Shown: positions 26,666 to 37,282 of the stretch, in pieces
Layout of the letters: each line of letters opens with the position of its first letter
Position numbering within the stretch: position 1 is the first letter of the stretch
Assembly (NCBI GenBank): GCA_965140785.1
Contig: OZ223521.1
Coordinates: 1 to 64,000, forward strand
Direction: 5' to 3'
DNA from: an uncultured Ruficoccus sp.
GTDB taxonomy: Bacteria > Verrucomicrobiota > Verrucomicrobiia > Opitutales > Cerasicoccaceae
Length of the DNA stretch: 64,000 nucleotides
Translations under genes and position numbers: made by a program
The notes under the pieces: generated by a model
The model's database searches: none
What the model was told of the DNA's origin: nothing
What the model saw: the letters and a program-made list of their open reading frames with translations, nothing else

Positions 26666-27658
26666 CTACTTGTCCCCGAAGCCGTCCGGGTGGGTGGAGT
26701 GCCAGTTCCAGGCGGTCTCGACGATTTTTTCCACGCTGTCGAACTCGACCTTCCAGCCCAGTTCGGTCTTGGCCTTGGTGGAGTCGGCGTAGAGGGCGGG
26801 CGGGTCGCCGGGGCGGCGATCGGTCTCGATCACGTTGACCTTTTCGCCGGAAACTTTCTCCACCGCGTCGATGACCTGGCGCACGCTGTAGGGCGTGCCG
26901 GTGCCGAGGTTGTAGAAGCAGCCGGTGCCGGGCGTGTCGAGCTTGTCAAAGACAGCGATGTGGGCGCGCGAGAGGTCGTCCACATGGACGTAGTCGCGCA
27001 GGCAGGTGCCATCGGGCGTGTCGTAGTCGGTGCCGAATATCTTGATATTCTCCCGCTTGCCCAGGGCCGCGTCGATGATGAGCGGGATGAGGTGGGTCTC
27101 GGGGTGGTGGTCCTCGCCGATGGTGCCGTCGGTGGCGGCACCGGCCGCATTGAAATAGCGGAAGGCCGCGAAGCTCAGTCCGTGCGCGTGGGCGAGGGCC
27201 TTGAGGGCATTCTCGACGTCGAGCTTGGTCTGGCCGTAGGGGTTGATCGGGGCCTGCGGCATGGTCTCGACGATGGGCAGGCCAGCGGGTACCCCGTAGG
27301 TGGCGCAGGTCGAGGAGAAGACGAACTTCTTCACGTCCTCCTCCAGCATGGTCTCCAGCAGGCGCAGGGTGGCGACCAGATTGTTGTCGTAGTACTTGAG
27401 GGGCTTGTCCACGGACTCGCCCACGTAGGCGTAGGCGGCGAAGTGCATGACCAGGTCGATGCCCTCCTTCTTCAGGATGGCGCGGACGGCTTCCTTGTCC
27501 CCCAGGTTGTCCGTGTAGAACGGAATGTCCGCAGCCACGGCGGCACGGTGCCCGAAGACCAGATTATCCAGAACGACCGGTTGATGCCCGGCGACGACAA
27601 GCTGCCGCACGCAGTGGCTGCCAATGTAGCCGGCTCCCCCTACAACGAGTACTTTCAT
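26666..27658 (-). CDS. galE: UDP-glucose 4-epimerase
   Basis: GGAGYIGSH, FSSTCATYG, YGQTK, RYFNAAGA, RDYVHV; start MKVLV at 27658. Confidence 0.96.
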   Translation of the reverse strand: MKVLVVGGAGYIGSHCVRQLVVAGHQPVVLDNLVFGHRAAVAADIPFYTDNLGDKEAVRAILKKEGIDLVMHFAAYAYVGESVDKPLKYYDNNLVATLRLLETMLEEDVKKFVFSSTCATYGVPAGLPIVETMPQAPINPYGQTKLDVENALKALAHAHGLSFAAFRYFNAAGAATDGTIGEDHHPETHLIPLIIDAALGKRENIKIFGTDYDTPDGTCLRDYVHVDDLSRAHIAVFDKLDTPGTGCFYNLGTGTPYSVRQVIDAVEKVSGEKVNVIETDRRPGDPPALYADSTKAKTELGWKVEFDSVEKIVETAWNWHSTHPDGFGDK

Positions 27659-27764
27659 GCCGCGAGGTTGGGGAATCTCGCCGCCCTTCGCAACCCGTAA
27701 GCGGCACAAAAATGCCAGCCTGTCGGCTTTATTGAGAATGCGAATAGGCCGGATAAGCGCCGGC

Positions 27765-30700
27765 TCAGGCGTGGAGCGTCTGATAGGCCCGCGACAAGGC
27801 CTCCAGCAGTTCGCGCTGCTTGACCGGCTTGCTCAGGTAGTCGTCCATGCCCGCCTCGAGGGCGGCTTCGCGGTCGCCCTGCATGGCGCCTGCGGTCAGC
27901 GCGATGATGTAGGGGCGGCGCGAGTCCTGCTGGCGGCGGATGCGGCGGGTGGCCTCGTAGCCGTCCACTTCGGGCATCTGCACGTCCATCAGGATGACGT
28001 CGTAGGAGGTGAGGGAGACGGCCTCGACGGCTTCGCTGCCGTTGTTGGCGATGTCGGCGGTGTAGCCGAAGCGGTTCAGGATGAGACTGGCTACCTTTTG
28101 GTTCACCTGATTGTCCTCCGCCATCAGGATGCGTAGCGGTTGACGGATACCGGTTTCATTGTCGATGGGCATCGGGACGGAAGCATCCTCCAGTGCCGGG
28201 TTTTCCTCTTCGTCGACGGCTTTACTGCGTAGCGTGCGCTCGAGGTATTTACGTAGCAAGGGCATATTGACGGGCTTGCTCAAAATGGCCTCAAACACGT
28301 CCGTGCAGCCCTGGCAGGCGGTGGTACACATAAGGAAGATCGGCAATTGATCCAGGTCGGGCAGTTTGCGAATCTGGCGGCCGATATCGGGGCTATGAAC
28401 CTTGTTGATTTCCGAATCCAGGACGATCACATCCACCGGTTGGCGGTTTTCCAGCAGGTTGAAAGCTGCCGGCATGGAATCCAGCGGGACCACGTTCATG
28501 CCCCATCCGCGCAACTCCCGGCTGAGCACGCCGCGCTCGAGCGGGTTGGCTACGATGACGAGGGCGTGCTTACCCTGAAGAGGGTTGTAGATCTCGCCGG
28601 CCTGGATTTTTCCTTCGGTTGGCTTGGCCGGGAACTGCACGGAAAAGGTGAACGTCGAGCCATGATTTTCCTCGCTCACGACCGAGATATCCCCGCCCAT
28701 CAGCCGGACCAGCCGCTTGGAAATAGCCAGCCCCAGCCCGCTGCCACCGTAGCGGCGGCTGGTTGAGGCATCCACCTGGGAGAAGGAGTCGAACAGCCGG
28801 TCCATGCGGCTTTTGGGGATACCGATGCCGGTGTCGCGGATAATGAAGGTCAACTGGTGCAGGTGGTTACCCAAGTGCTTCGTCTGGACATTGATGGAGA
28901 CTTTGCCGTGTTCGGTGAACTTGACCGCGTTGCCCACGAGGTTGACCAGCACCTGCTTGAGGCGGGTGGCATCGCCGATGAGGGTGCGGGGAACGTTCTC
29001 GGAGATCGCGTACTTGAGCTCCAGCCCCTTTTCGTCCGCCTTGGGCGCGAGCAGGTTGAGCGTTTCGGAAATGCAGTCGCCGACGCTGAAGGGCAACTTC
29101 TCCAACTCGATCCTGCCGGCCTCAATCTTGGAGTAGTCGAGGATATCGTTGATAATGGTCAGGAGCGCCTCGCCGCTGGTCTGAATGGTCCGCACGTAGT
29201 CGCGCTGTTCGGGGTTGAGCGGCGTGTCCAGCAGCAGGGCGGTCATGCCGATAACGCCGTTCATCGGGGTGCGTATCTCGTGGCTCATCGTGGCCAGAAA
29301 GGCGCTCTTGGCCTGATTGGCACGCTTGGCCTCCAGGGTGGAGTCCCACGCGGTCTTGACCACTTCCTTCAGCTTGGCGTTGAGCTCCTCGGCCTTGTTC
29401 TTGGCCTTGCGCAGTTCCTCCTCGCGCTCCATCTGCTGGGTGATGTCGGTGTGGGTGCCGATCATGCGGTAGGGGCGACCGTTGTTGTCAAAGACCGCCT
29501 TGCCCCGGTCGAGTACCCAGCACACGGATTTGTCCTTGCGGAGCATGCGGTAGGTGCACTCGTAAATCTTCGTCTCGCGTGCGAAGTGGCGGCGCACCTC
29601 GTTCATCGTGCGGGGCAGGTCCTCGGGGTGAATACGGCTCGTCAGCTCGTCGAAGCGGTTGGATACCTCCTCGCGCTCGTAGCCGAACATGTGAGCCCAG
29701 TTGGCGGAGAAGAAGACCTCGTTGGTCAGCAGGTTCCAGTCCCAGACGCCGTCGCGGCTGCCCTCCAGGGCGAGGTCCCAGCGCTCCTGGCTCTCTTTGA
29801 TCGCCCTGTCGGCCTCCACCCGTTCGGTGATGTCCGCTTCGACCGCCATGAAGCCCGTCAAGGCGTTGCTGTCGTCATGGATGGGCTTGGTCTCGATGCT
29901 GACCCAGTAGCTGGTTCCATTTTTGCGGTAGTTGAGGATTTCGACGTTAAAGCCGCTCTGGCTGTTGATGCCGGTGCGCATGACATCGACGGTGCGTTGG
30001 TCGGTGTCCTTGCCTTGGAGGAAGTCGCCGGGTTTTTTGCCTTTGCACTCGTCCAGGGTATAGCCGGTGATCCGGGTAAAGCCCTCGTTGATCCACTCCA
30101 GCCGTCCTTTGGCGTCCGTGATGACGACGCCGTTGGTCGTGCGGGCGGCGACCATGGAGAGCCGCTTGGTCAGGTCCTGGGCCTCATAAAGGCTTTCGAG
30201 CATTCGGTTCAGGGCCCGGGCCATTTCGCCGATTTCGTCGTTGGCCAGGACCGGGGCCTTGGCGTGGGTCTCGCCGCGTGCCTGACGCTCGATGGCCACG
30301 GTGATCTGCTTGGTAGGCCGCAGGACGATGAGGTCAACCGCCACGAATGTCAGCACGATAACTAGCGTGATGGCCCCGTACCAGAGCAGGATCATCTTAT
30401 TGGTCAGGCCGACCAACTCGGCCTTGATGGAGTGCGAATCGATGTCCACGAGGACAGCAGCCGGGACCAGTTTATCCTTACCGGGCAGCGTTGTGGCAAA
30501 GCCTTCGGTGAAGCTCCAGCATCTTTCCTCCTCTGAATGTTTCTTCTGGGCCAGGCCGGTTTTGAGCGTTTTTTGCAGCAGGTCCACGGTATGAGGACCG
30601 AGCTCGTTGAGGGGTTTGCCGACCAGGGACAGCTCTGAGGAGGCGATGATCCGGGCCGGGCTGCCGGCCACCACGATAATACGCTCCACGCCGTCTTCGG

Positions 30701-30944
30701 CGGCGAAGCGGGTGACGGCCCGGAGGCGGTTCACCTCGCTGTTTTCCAGGTAAAAGTTCTGCCGGACGGCTGAGGAGACGACCGAGGCCTTGTAGGCCGT
30801 CCCTTCGCCCAGGTGCTTGCGGATAAACAACTGGTTCCACGCGATGCCGACCAATCCCCCCACCACGCCGATCAGGACCAGCGGTATCAACAGTTTCAGC
30901 CAGAGGCTCAGGCCACTGCGGTGATGGGAAGGAACGTTGCTCAT
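27765..30944 (-). CDS. Hybrid sensor histidine kinase/response regulator (periplasmic sensor, HAMP, two PAS, HisKA, HATPase, two REC)
   Basis: [38 protein letters not shown]. Confidence 0.93.
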   Translation of the reverse strand: MSNVPSHHRSGLSLWLKLLIPLVLIGVVGGLVGIAWNQLFIRKHLGEGTAYKASVVSSAVRQNFYLENSEVNRLRAVTRFAAEDGVERIIVVAGSPARIIASSELSLVGKPLNELGPHTVDLLQKTLKTGLAQKKHSEEERCWSFTEGFATTLPGKDKLVPAAVLVDIDSHSIKAELVGLTNKMILLWYGAITLVIVLTFVAVDLIVLRPTKQITVAIERQARGETHAKAPVLANDEIGEMARALNRMLESLYEAQDLTKRLSMVAARTTNGVVITDAKGRLEWINEGFTRITGYTLDECKGKKPGDFLQGKDTDQRTVDVMRTGINSQSGFNVEILNYRKNGTSYWVSIETKPIHDDSNALTGFMAVEADITERVEADRAIKESQERWDLALEGSRDGVWDWNLLTNEVFFSANWAHMFGYEREEVSNRFDELTSRIHPEDLPRTMNEVRRHFARETKIYECTYRMLRKDKSVCWVLDRGKAVFDNNGRPYRMIGTHTDITQQMEREEELRKAKNKAEELNAKLKEVVKTAWDSTLEAKRANQAKSAFLATMSHEIRTPMNGVIGMTALLLDTPLNPEQRDYVRTIQTSGEALLTIINDILDYSKIEAGRIELEKLPFSVGDCISETLNLLAPKADEKGLELKYAISENVPRTLIGDATRLKQVLVNLVGNAVKFTEHGKVSINVQTKHLGNHLHQLTFIIRDTGIGIPKSRMDRLFDSFSQVDASTSRRYGGSGLGLAISKRLVRLMGGDISVVSEENHGSTFTFSVQFPAKPTEGKIQAGEIYNPLQGKHALVIVANPLERGVLSRELRGWGMNVVPLDSMPAAFNLLENRQPVDVIVLDSEINKVHSPDIGRQIRKLPDLDQLPIFLMCTTACQGCTDVFEAILSKPVNMPLLRKYLERTLRSKAVDEEENPALEDASVPMPIDNETGIRQPLRILMAEDNQVNQKVASLILNRFGYTADIANNGSEAVEAVSLTSYDVILMDVQMPEVDGYEATRRIRRQQDSRRPYIIALTAGAMQGDREAALEAGMDDYLSKPVKQRELLEALSRAYQTLHA

Positions 30945-31933
30945 GGCTGGACTTGCAGAGAGGCTGGAGCGATGAAGGCCGATACGAGCATGTCTTTCTT
31001 TATCGCGCCCATTTGATGGAGAATGTCATGGGTGTGGCGTGCGACTTCGAGCACCTGTCCGTTGGGACCGAAATACTCCATCTGTTCATCGGGAAGCACG
31101 AGCTGGACGTCCTCCAGTGTGAGGGCGAACTCCTCGGGCTTGAGGCCGATGCGCCGCCCCATGATCTGATGGGCTTCCTCGCGGTGGGTCTGGTGAAAGG
31201 TATGCGCCAGGCCCCAGGCGCGGCTCAGGGCGCGGATGGCGTCGGGATTTTTCTCGATTACCGTTTTGTCGGCCACCACCACGTCGAGAATTTCATGGGG
31301 GATGTCGGCGCTGGAGAAGATGACGTGCGCATTCGTGTCGCGCTGCAGGCGGGTCGAGACCGGCGGATAGGTGACCAGCGCGTCGACTTCGCCCTGCCGG
31401 AAGGCCTTCTCCATCGCGGCTTGATCAATGTTGTGAATTTGCACGTCGCCGAGGGCCAACCCGTGCTGTTTGAGGGCACGGGTCAGCAGGTAGCCGCCCA
31501 GATGGGCGCTTTCGCAGGCCACCTCGCGGCCTGCCAGCTCGCCTGGTTGTTGGATTGGGTCCCGGGCCAGGATAACATCGCCGCCGTTGGAATAATCGGC
31601 TACCAGAAAGACCTGCGGTTGCCGCGGGGACTGCTCGGCGGCGAGAAGGGTTTCGATCATGGTGCAGGCCATGCCATCCACATCCCCGGCCTTGTAGGCC
31701 TCCATGGCATCGGGCAGAGAGGTGAACTCCACCAGTTGCACATGCACGCCCTCTTTTTCGAAGTAGTGCTTCTCCTTGGCTAGAAACAGAAACTCATAGC
31801 CGGGCCAGTGGTTGACGGCCAGCTTGATCATCGGCATGGGACGGTAGGCGCAGCTCGACAGAAAAATGACCCCAACGCCGCATGCCAGGGAGAGCATTCG
31901 TCTTAAGCGTGAAAAATGACGGAATATTCCCAT
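30941..31933 (-). CDS. ABC-type substrate-binding lipoprotein (NMT1/SsuA-like), translationally coupled to the kinase
   Basis: Lipobox LSSC; WPGYEFLFLA, DYSNGGD, TYPP; 4-nt overlap with the kinase start. Confidence 0.85.
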   Translation of the reverse strand: MGIFRHFSRLRRMLSLACGVGVIFLSSCAYRPMPMIKLAVNHWPGYEFLFLAKEKHYFEKEGVHVQLVEFTSLPDAMEAYKAGDVDGMACTMIETLLAAEQSPRQPQVFLVADYSNGGDVILARDPIQQPGELAGREVACESAHLGGYLLTRALKQHGLALGDVQIHNIDQAAMEKAFRQGEVDALVTYPPVSTRLQRDTNAHVIFSSADIPHEILDVVVADKTVIEKNPDAIRALSRAWGLAHTFHQTHREEAHQIMGRRIGLKPEEFALTLEDVQLVLPDEQMEYFGPNGQVLEVARHTHDILHQMGAIKKDMLVSAFIAPASLQVQP

Positions 31934-31971
31934 AAGGCGGTTTTATGGAAAGTATTATGAGTGAATCCTAT

Positions 31972-32691
31972 TTATGTATGCTCTTCAACATCATTTAAGG
32001 CCTTGTGTGCGCGATGTCCGATGATGCCGACGACGATGATGGCTACTATCAGGCCGCCGTAGGTGAGCGCGTCCTGAAGTGAGAAGATATGGTGGGGCGC
32101 ATAGCTGGTTTGCGTGGCATGGGCAGCGGCGTAGCCGACATACTGGGAGACAAATGCCACCGGCAGCAGGCCGAGGTTGGCTACACTGAAGCGCCAGAAA
32201 CTCATCGGGCTGGCTCCCATCAGATAGCTTACCGGGGAGGCCGGTACCGGTGCCAGCCGGATCAGCATCAGCAGCTTGATCCCCTCCTGGTCGATGGCCC
32301 GGTTGAGCTTGCGCAGCTTGGGTTTGCGGGCGATCCAGCCCTGCACCCGGTGACGGAGCAGGAGCCGCGAGACCCAGAAGATCAGGCTCTGGCTGATGGC
32401 CAGCCCGATCATCACATAGAGAAAGCCCCGCCCGAGGGGAAACATGACCCCGGCCGCAATCAGCATCAGGTCCAAGGGCACACACAGCAGGGTCAGCACA
32501 CAGAGCAGCCCGATGTAGTAAACCGGTGCGAGAATGCCCTGCTCGACGATCCACTTCTCGGCCGCGGGCATCCGCGGAGCTAGTTCACTGCCGGCCACCA
32601 GGATGGCGACTGCGAGGCCGATAGCCAGCAGCACACGAAACACTGTAACGCGGGTTGGCTTGGGTGGATGGATGCTCTCACTCATCGGCAA
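31972..32691 (-). CDS. TVP38/TMEM64 (DedA/VTT) family membrane protein
   Basis: AAGVMF..G, LIRLAPVP, SYLMG. Confidence 0.85.
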   Translation of the reverse strand: MPMSESIHPPKPTRVTVFRVLLAIGLAVAILVAGSELAPRMPAAEKWIVEQGILAPVYYIGLLCVLTLLCVPLDLMLIAAGVMFPLGRGFLYVMIGLAISQSLIFWVSRLLLRHRVQGWIARKPKLRKLNRAIDQEGIKLLMLIRLAPVPASPVSYLMGASPMSFWRFSVANLGLLPVAFVSQYVGYAAAHATQTSYAPHHIFSLQDALTYGGLIVAIIVVGIIGHRAHKALNDVEEHT

Positions 32692-32887
32692 GTTTCTATC
32701 TGCTATAGGGTTGCGTGTTCCATGCCAAATCTTTTCCCGGAAAAAACAAAACCGTAAGCGCTTCGTTAAAACGCCTCAGCTTGGCTTTGGGCTGGCCTTT
32801 GTGACGAAAAAATGGCAGGCTCTAATGCTTATGCCGGAGTCTTTCCGGCAGGAAAGAGCATTGAGAGAGACATCAACAATTGGGGCA

Positions 32888-33082
32888 ATGGGACTAATCT
32901 TTGAGGTGGTGGCCGAGGAGGCAGGCGGTTATAAGGCCGTGTGCCTGACCGAGTTTATCCGCGCTGGCGGGGCCGATTTGCGCGAGTTGCACACGAATAT
33001 CAACGACGCGGTCGATGTCTGCTTCGCCGACCGGGTGCGTCCCGAGGCCTCCCAAATCCATCTCATGTTCACCCGCGACTAG
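32888..33082 (+). CDS. Small HicB-like fold protein (64 aa)
   Basis: MGLIFEVVAEEAGGYKAVCLTEFIRAGGADLRELHTNINDAVDVCF matches the HicB N-terminal pattern. Confidence 0.65.
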   Translation: MGLIFEVVAEEAGGYKAVCLTEFIRAGGADLRELHTNINDAVDVCFADRVRPEASQIHLMFTRD

Positions 33083-33127
33083 GCGGTTGGCCGTTAAGCC
33101 TGGCATATGCCCGCCCGCGCTTCGCAG

Positions 33128-33224
33128 TACCCCGAAGGGGTTACGCAGGCTAGCCTCGGGTTGCCCCGCTACCCGGGGACAAGGGCGCGAATCGATACGC
33201 CCTTCAACCCTGAAAGGGTTGTGC
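33128..33224. repeat. Composite REP-like element, copy 2
   Basis: ACCCC-GAA-GGGGT, CCTCGGGT..ACCCGGGG, TCAACCCTGAAAGGGTTGTGC. Confidence 0.8.
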
Positions 33225-33345
33225 ATACCTTCTTCTTCCGATTACTTCCTTGTGCTTCCTTCTGTGCTTAAGGGTTGCCAGCGCAGGGGAGATTAGGCAA
33301 CGATAGCGGCGACGTTCACATCCTGTCCTAGAATTCCTCTCTCAC

Positions 33346-34761
33346 ATGAAAAAATACGATCTGATCATCATTGGGTCCGGCCCGGCCGGGGAAAAAGCCG
33401 CGGTCAAGGCCGCCTACTACGGCAAGCAGGTGGCGGTGGTTGAAAAACACTCCGACTTCGGAGGTGCCGGTACCAACACCGGCACGCTGCCCTCCAAAAC
33501 GCTCAAGGAAACCGCCTTGTACTACTCCGGGCTCAACGACCGGGGCCTTTTCGGCGTCGACAAGGAGCTGGAACGCGCCGCCAATGTCCGTGACTTTTTC
33601 TTCCGCAAGAACCAGGTGGTCGAGCAGCAGGAGGATAGTATCACCGCGAATTTTAAGCTCCACAATATCGACACCTACACCGGCACCGCTACGATCAAGG
33701 ACCCCCACACGGTGACCATCACCGGGAAGGACGAGGGCGAGCTCCAGGGTGACTTCATCCTCGTGGCGACCGGCTCGTATCCCTTCCAGCCCCCGGGCAT
33801 TCCCTTCGACGGGAAGTTCGTGCACGACTCCGACACGATCCTGACCATCAACCGCATCCCCCGCAGCATCGTCATCGTGGGCGCCGGGGTCATCGGCTGC
33901 GAGTACGCCACCATCTTCGCCGTCATGGGGGCGCAGGTGAAGCTCGTCAACAGCCACGAGGAGATCCTGACCTTCCTCGACCGCGAAATCTGCCGCGAGC
34001 TGATGGCGGACATGGAGCGGATTGGCGTGCAGTTTGTCTTTGGCAGCCGCGTGGACGACGTGGAAATCCTCCCCGAGGAGCACATGCATAACGTCCACGC
34101 CAAGCTCACCAACGGCGAGCCTGTCGAGGCCGATATGTTCCTCTACGCCGCCGGACGCAGCGGCGCCTCTCATAAGCTGGGCCTGGAAGAGCTTGGGGTC
34201 GAGATCGACAAGCGCGGCAACATTGTCGTGGGCGAGGACTACAAGACCGCCGTGCCCAGCATTTACGCCGCCGGTGACGTCATCGGCTTCCCCGCCTTGG
34301 CCTCGACCAGTATGGACCAGGGCCGAGTTGCCGTCACCCACATGTTCAACTTCCACGTCCAGGAGAAGATGAGCGCCCAGTTCCCCTACGGCATTTACAC
34401 CATCCCCGAAGTCAGCGTCTATGGCATGACCGAGGACGAGGCCGAGGAAAAGAAGATCGACTACTGCATCGGGCGCGCCCGTTACCGCGACATGCCCCGC
34501 GGCAAGATCATGGGCGCCAAAGAGGGCCTGCTCAAGCTCGTGGTCGAGCGTGAGAGTCGCAAGGTGATCGGCGTGCACATCTTTGGCAAAATCGCCACCG
34601 AGCTGATCCACTACGGCATGGATCTCGTGCAGAACGAAGACACCCTTTCCAGGGTCATCAGCCGGGTCTACAACACCCCGACCCTGCACGAGCTCTACAA
34701 GTACGCCGCCTACAACGCCCTCATCGAAGGCCATTACATGGAACACCCCGTCGGCCACTGA
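33346..34761 (+). CDS. sthA: Soluble pyridine nucleotide transhydrogenase
   Basis: GSGPAG, TGTLPSKTL with no redox Cys pair, GAGVIGCEYA, GDVIGFPALASTSMDQGR, GIYTIPE, NTPTL..YK.AA. Confidence 0.9.
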   Translation: MKKYDLIIIGSGPAGEKAAVKAAYYGKQVAVVEKHSDFGGAGTNTGTLPSKTLKETALYYSGLNDRGLFGVDKELERAANVRDFFFRKNQVVEQQEDSITANFKLHNIDTYTGTATIKDPHTVTITGKDEGELQGDFILVATGSYPFQPPGIPFDGKFVHDSDTILTINRIPRSIVIVGAGVIGCEYATIFAVMGAQVKLVNSHEEILTFLDREICRELMADMERIGVQFVFGSRVDDVEILPEEHMHNVHAKLTNGEPVEADMFLYAAGRSGASHKLGLEELGVEIDKRGNIVVGEDYKTAVPSIYAAGDVIGFPALASTSMDQGRVAVTHMFNFHVQEKMSAQFPYGIYTIPEVSVYGMTEDEAEEKKIDYCIGRARYRDMPRGKIMGAKEGLLKLVVERESRKVIGVHIFGKIATELIHYGMDLVQNEDTLSRVISRVYNTPTLHELYKYAAYNALIEGHYMEHPVGH

Positions 34762-34878
34762 GCTGGTAGACGGCAGCAGGTTTTTTTCCGAGAGTATGCT
34801 TTCGCTTGCCGCGGCAAGGCAGGAAGCAGATACGCTCAATAACATTCCGGCCTCACACTTCCATCCTACTTAAAAGGA

Positions 34879-34955
34879 TGGTGGTCGTTACTGGACTCGA
34901 ACCAGTGACTTCTACAATGTGAATGTAGCGCTCTAACCAACTGAGCTAAACGACC
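34879..34955 (-). tRNA. tRNA-Val(CAC)
   Basis: Reverse complement GGTCGTTTAGCTCAGTTGGTTAGAGCGCTACATT-CAC-ATTGTAGAAGTCACTGGTTCGAGTCCAGTAACGACCACCA. Confidence 0.96.
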
Positions 34956-35030
34956 GGAAAAACGGGCATCTTGGCGATTCGTGCGCGGAATTCAAGCCAT
35001 GAATGCGCAAAATCTGTTTTGTTGACCGGA

Positions 35031-35666
35031 TCAGGACGATGGTACGGCGGGGAGCGGGTTGCTCGGGGTTTCCTTGAGTTTTTTCTCGTTTTTCGCCGTG
35101 TCCGAGTTGTCACTGGGGCGGACGATCCGGCGGCGGGGAATGCGGGGAGCGTTCGTGCGGGTATTGCTGCTCCCGGAGGACGAAATACTTACCGATGGGC
35201 GCGCACCGCCGGGTGAGCGGCTTACCGAGGCGGTTGCGCTGCCGCTGATCTGGACGGGGATGTCGTCCGGTGTGGCCAGCCCGATCTCCTCGGTGCGCCC
35301 GCCCGAGCGAATCAGGATGCTCGGCTTCTTCTCGTCGTAGCGGACGATTTCGAAGTCGCCGACCGACTCGTTCAGGGCGAGCCAGTGCCCCACATTGTTC
35401 TTTTTGTCAAAAATACTGAACCGCGTCACCCCGTTCATTTCGATCAGCCCCTTGAATTCCAGCTGGCGGCTGATGATGGCCGGAGCGGTGGTGACGACCG
35501 GGGTGGGGACTTCCTTCTCCTCGCCCCAGCCGGGGGGCAGGAAGGGCGAATGCTCAACCAGTGTGCCGTTGGCGGCCAGGCACGACAAACACACGCACAG
35601 CCCCATCCCCGCCAGAATGACCCGGCGGGCGGTACGCGGACCGCTAGGGGAGAGGGGGAGCATCAT
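35031..35666 (-). CDS. Exported hypothetical protein (weakly GspC/PilP-like beta domain, disordered tail)
   Basis: Signal/TM, SPFLPP, LEFKGLIE..FSIFD..WLALNE..G.FEI. Confidence 0.6.
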   Translation of the reverse strand: MMLPLSPSGPRTARRVILAGMGLCVCLSCLAANGTLVEHSPFLPPGWGEEKEVPTPVVTTAPAIISRQLEFKGLIEMNGVTRFSIFDKKNNVGHWLALNESVGDFEIVRYDEKKPSILIRSGGRTEEIGLATPDDIPVQISGSATASVSRSPGGARPSVSISSSGSSNTRTNAPRIPRRRIVRPSDNSDTAKNEKKLKETPSNPLPAVPSS

Positions 35667-35764
35667 TTGTCGGATACGTTTTATTTAACGCCTGTTCCAC
35701 CAAAAAGTCGCTCTTTTTCGCATAAATTTCCGTCCATCAGGAAGAAAAAATGGACCTGCGGGCA

Positions 35765-35800
35765 TAAAAAAACGGACCCGGCCGTGCCGGATCCGTTTTT
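35765..35800. terminator. Terminator after ssb
   Basis: AAAAAAACGGACCCGGC..GCCGGATCCGTTTTT. Confidence 0.75.
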
Positions 35801-35829
35801 GAAAGGTTGGTTGCTGGCCCAAGCCCGGA

Positions 35830-36291
35830 TCAGAAGGGGACGTCTTCGTCCACATCCGGCTCGCTCGGGGCGGCCTGGCGACCGGTCGTGCGCGGGGGAG
35901 GAGAACTCTGCTCGTAGCCGCCACCACCGCCGCCGCCGTAATTGTCGCCGCCTTCGTCGCGACCGCCGACGAACTGGAAGTTCTCCAGCACGACGCCGAG
36001 CTTACTGCGCTTTTCGCCGGAGGTCTTGTCGTCCCATTGGTCGAGCTTCAGCCGCCCTTCCACAAAGACCGCGCGGCCCTTGCTCAGGTACTTGGCGATG
36101 ACTTCCGCCTGGCGGCCAAACGCGTCGATATCGACAAAGGTCGTCTCTTCGCGCTTTTCCCCGTCCTTGGTCGTGTAGTTACGGTTCACGGCCAGTCCGA
36201 ACTTGCAGATGGACATGCCGTTGGGCGTGACACGCATTTCAGGGTCGCGGGTCAGGTTACCGAGAAGAATAACTTTGTTGTATGAGGCCAT
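35830..36291 (-). CDS. ssb: Single-stranded DNA-binding protein
   Basis: NKVILLGNLTRDPE, VEGRL, C-terminal DEDVPF. Confidence 0.97.
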   Translation of the reverse strand: MASYNKVILLGNLTRDPEMRVTPNGMSICKFGLAVNRNYTTKDGEKREETTFVDIDAFGRQAEVIAKYLSKGRAVFVEGRLKLDQWDDKTSGEKRSKLGVVLENFQFVGGRDEGGDNYGGGGGGGYEQSSPPPRTTGRQAAPSEPDVDEDVPF

Positions 36292-36360
36292 AGAGAAAGG
36301 CTGAAGACCCGCTCGCTAGGGGTCAACTGTCATTCGGGTGCCGGGAGGTGTTTTCGCGCC

Positions 36361-36666
36361 TCAGTCCTTCGATTGGACCAGGATGCGGTTGACCTGCTTG
36401 TCGAGGCGGAACTTCTCCTGGATCTGGGTCGAAGCTTCGGCCGGGCCGCTCAGGGTGTACTGCACGAAGATGCCCGCCTGGAAGTTGCGGTCAGGGGTGC
36501 GGATGAACTCCTTCTGGCCGAGGTTGTTGACCTTGCCCACTTCGAGACCGATGCTGCTGAAGCCTTCCTTGATCTTTTCGATCAGGGCTTCAACCTCGTC
36601 GGTGTAGTTGCGGGTGTCGAGAATAACGGTGGCCAGGTACTGGCGCTGGGTTGCTGTGTCGCTCAT
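36361..36666 (-). CDS. rpsF: 30S ribosomal protein S6
   Basis: 101 aa, Y..TVILD..LGQKEF; position directly before ssb. Confidence 0.85.
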   Translation of the reverse strand: MSDTATQRQYLATVILDTRNYTDEVEALIEKIKEGFSSIGLEVGKVNNLGQKEFIRTPDRNFQAGIFVQYTLSGPAEASTQIQEKFRLDKQVNRILVQSKD

Positions 36667-37253
36667 GCTGGTTCGGAATCGGATCGGGTGTTAAGTTGAT
36701 TCATGGCTGCCTCGACGCCCCGTTGCAGGAGCACGTGCAGGCCATTCAGATAGTCGGGCATCCGGGCGGTGAGAACGGCTTTTTCCGTCTCGGTGAATTT
36801 GCCCAGGACCCAGTCTTTTAAATCCATCGCCGGGTGGCTCTTGCCGCCGATACCGATGCGGTACCGCACGAAGCCCGCTCCGGCATCCCGCAGCAGGCTG
36901 GCGATGCCGTTGTGGCCCCCGGCGCTGCCGTTGACACTGAGCTTGAGCCGCCCCAGGTCGAGATTGATCTCGTCGTAAACGACGGCCGCCGCGGTGGCTG
37001 ACTGGCGGTGAAACCGCAGCCAGGCCCCCAGGGCGCGTCCGCTCTCGTTGACGTAGGTCAGCGGCTTCATCAGCACCACCGGCTGCCCGGACAGAGTGAC
37101 CTTGGCGGTCTCGGCCTGGAACTTCTTTTCGGTTTTCCAGGCCGCTCCCTGCTCGGTAGCCAGTGCATCGACCACGGCAAAACCCACATTGTGGCGGGTG
37201 CCGCAGTACTCCGTCCCGGGATTTCCCAGGCCGGCGATGACGGCGATGGACAT
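36663..37253 (-). CDS. pth: Peptidyl-tRNA hydrolase
   Basis: GLGNPG..TRHNVGF, KPLTYVNESG, GGHNG. Confidence 0.96.
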   Translation of the reverse strand: MSIAVIAGLGNPGTEYCGTRHNVGFAVVDALATEQGAAWKTEKKFQAETAKVTLSGQPVVLMKPLTYVNESGRALGAWLRFHRQSATAAAVVYDEINLDLGRLKLSVNGSAGGHNGIASLLRDAGAGFVRYRIGIGGKSHPAMDLKDWVLGKFTETEKAVLTARMPDYLNGLHVLLQRGVEAAMNQLNTRSDSEPA

Positions 37254-37282
37254 GATTGTAAAAGAACGGAAAGGGAAAAGGC

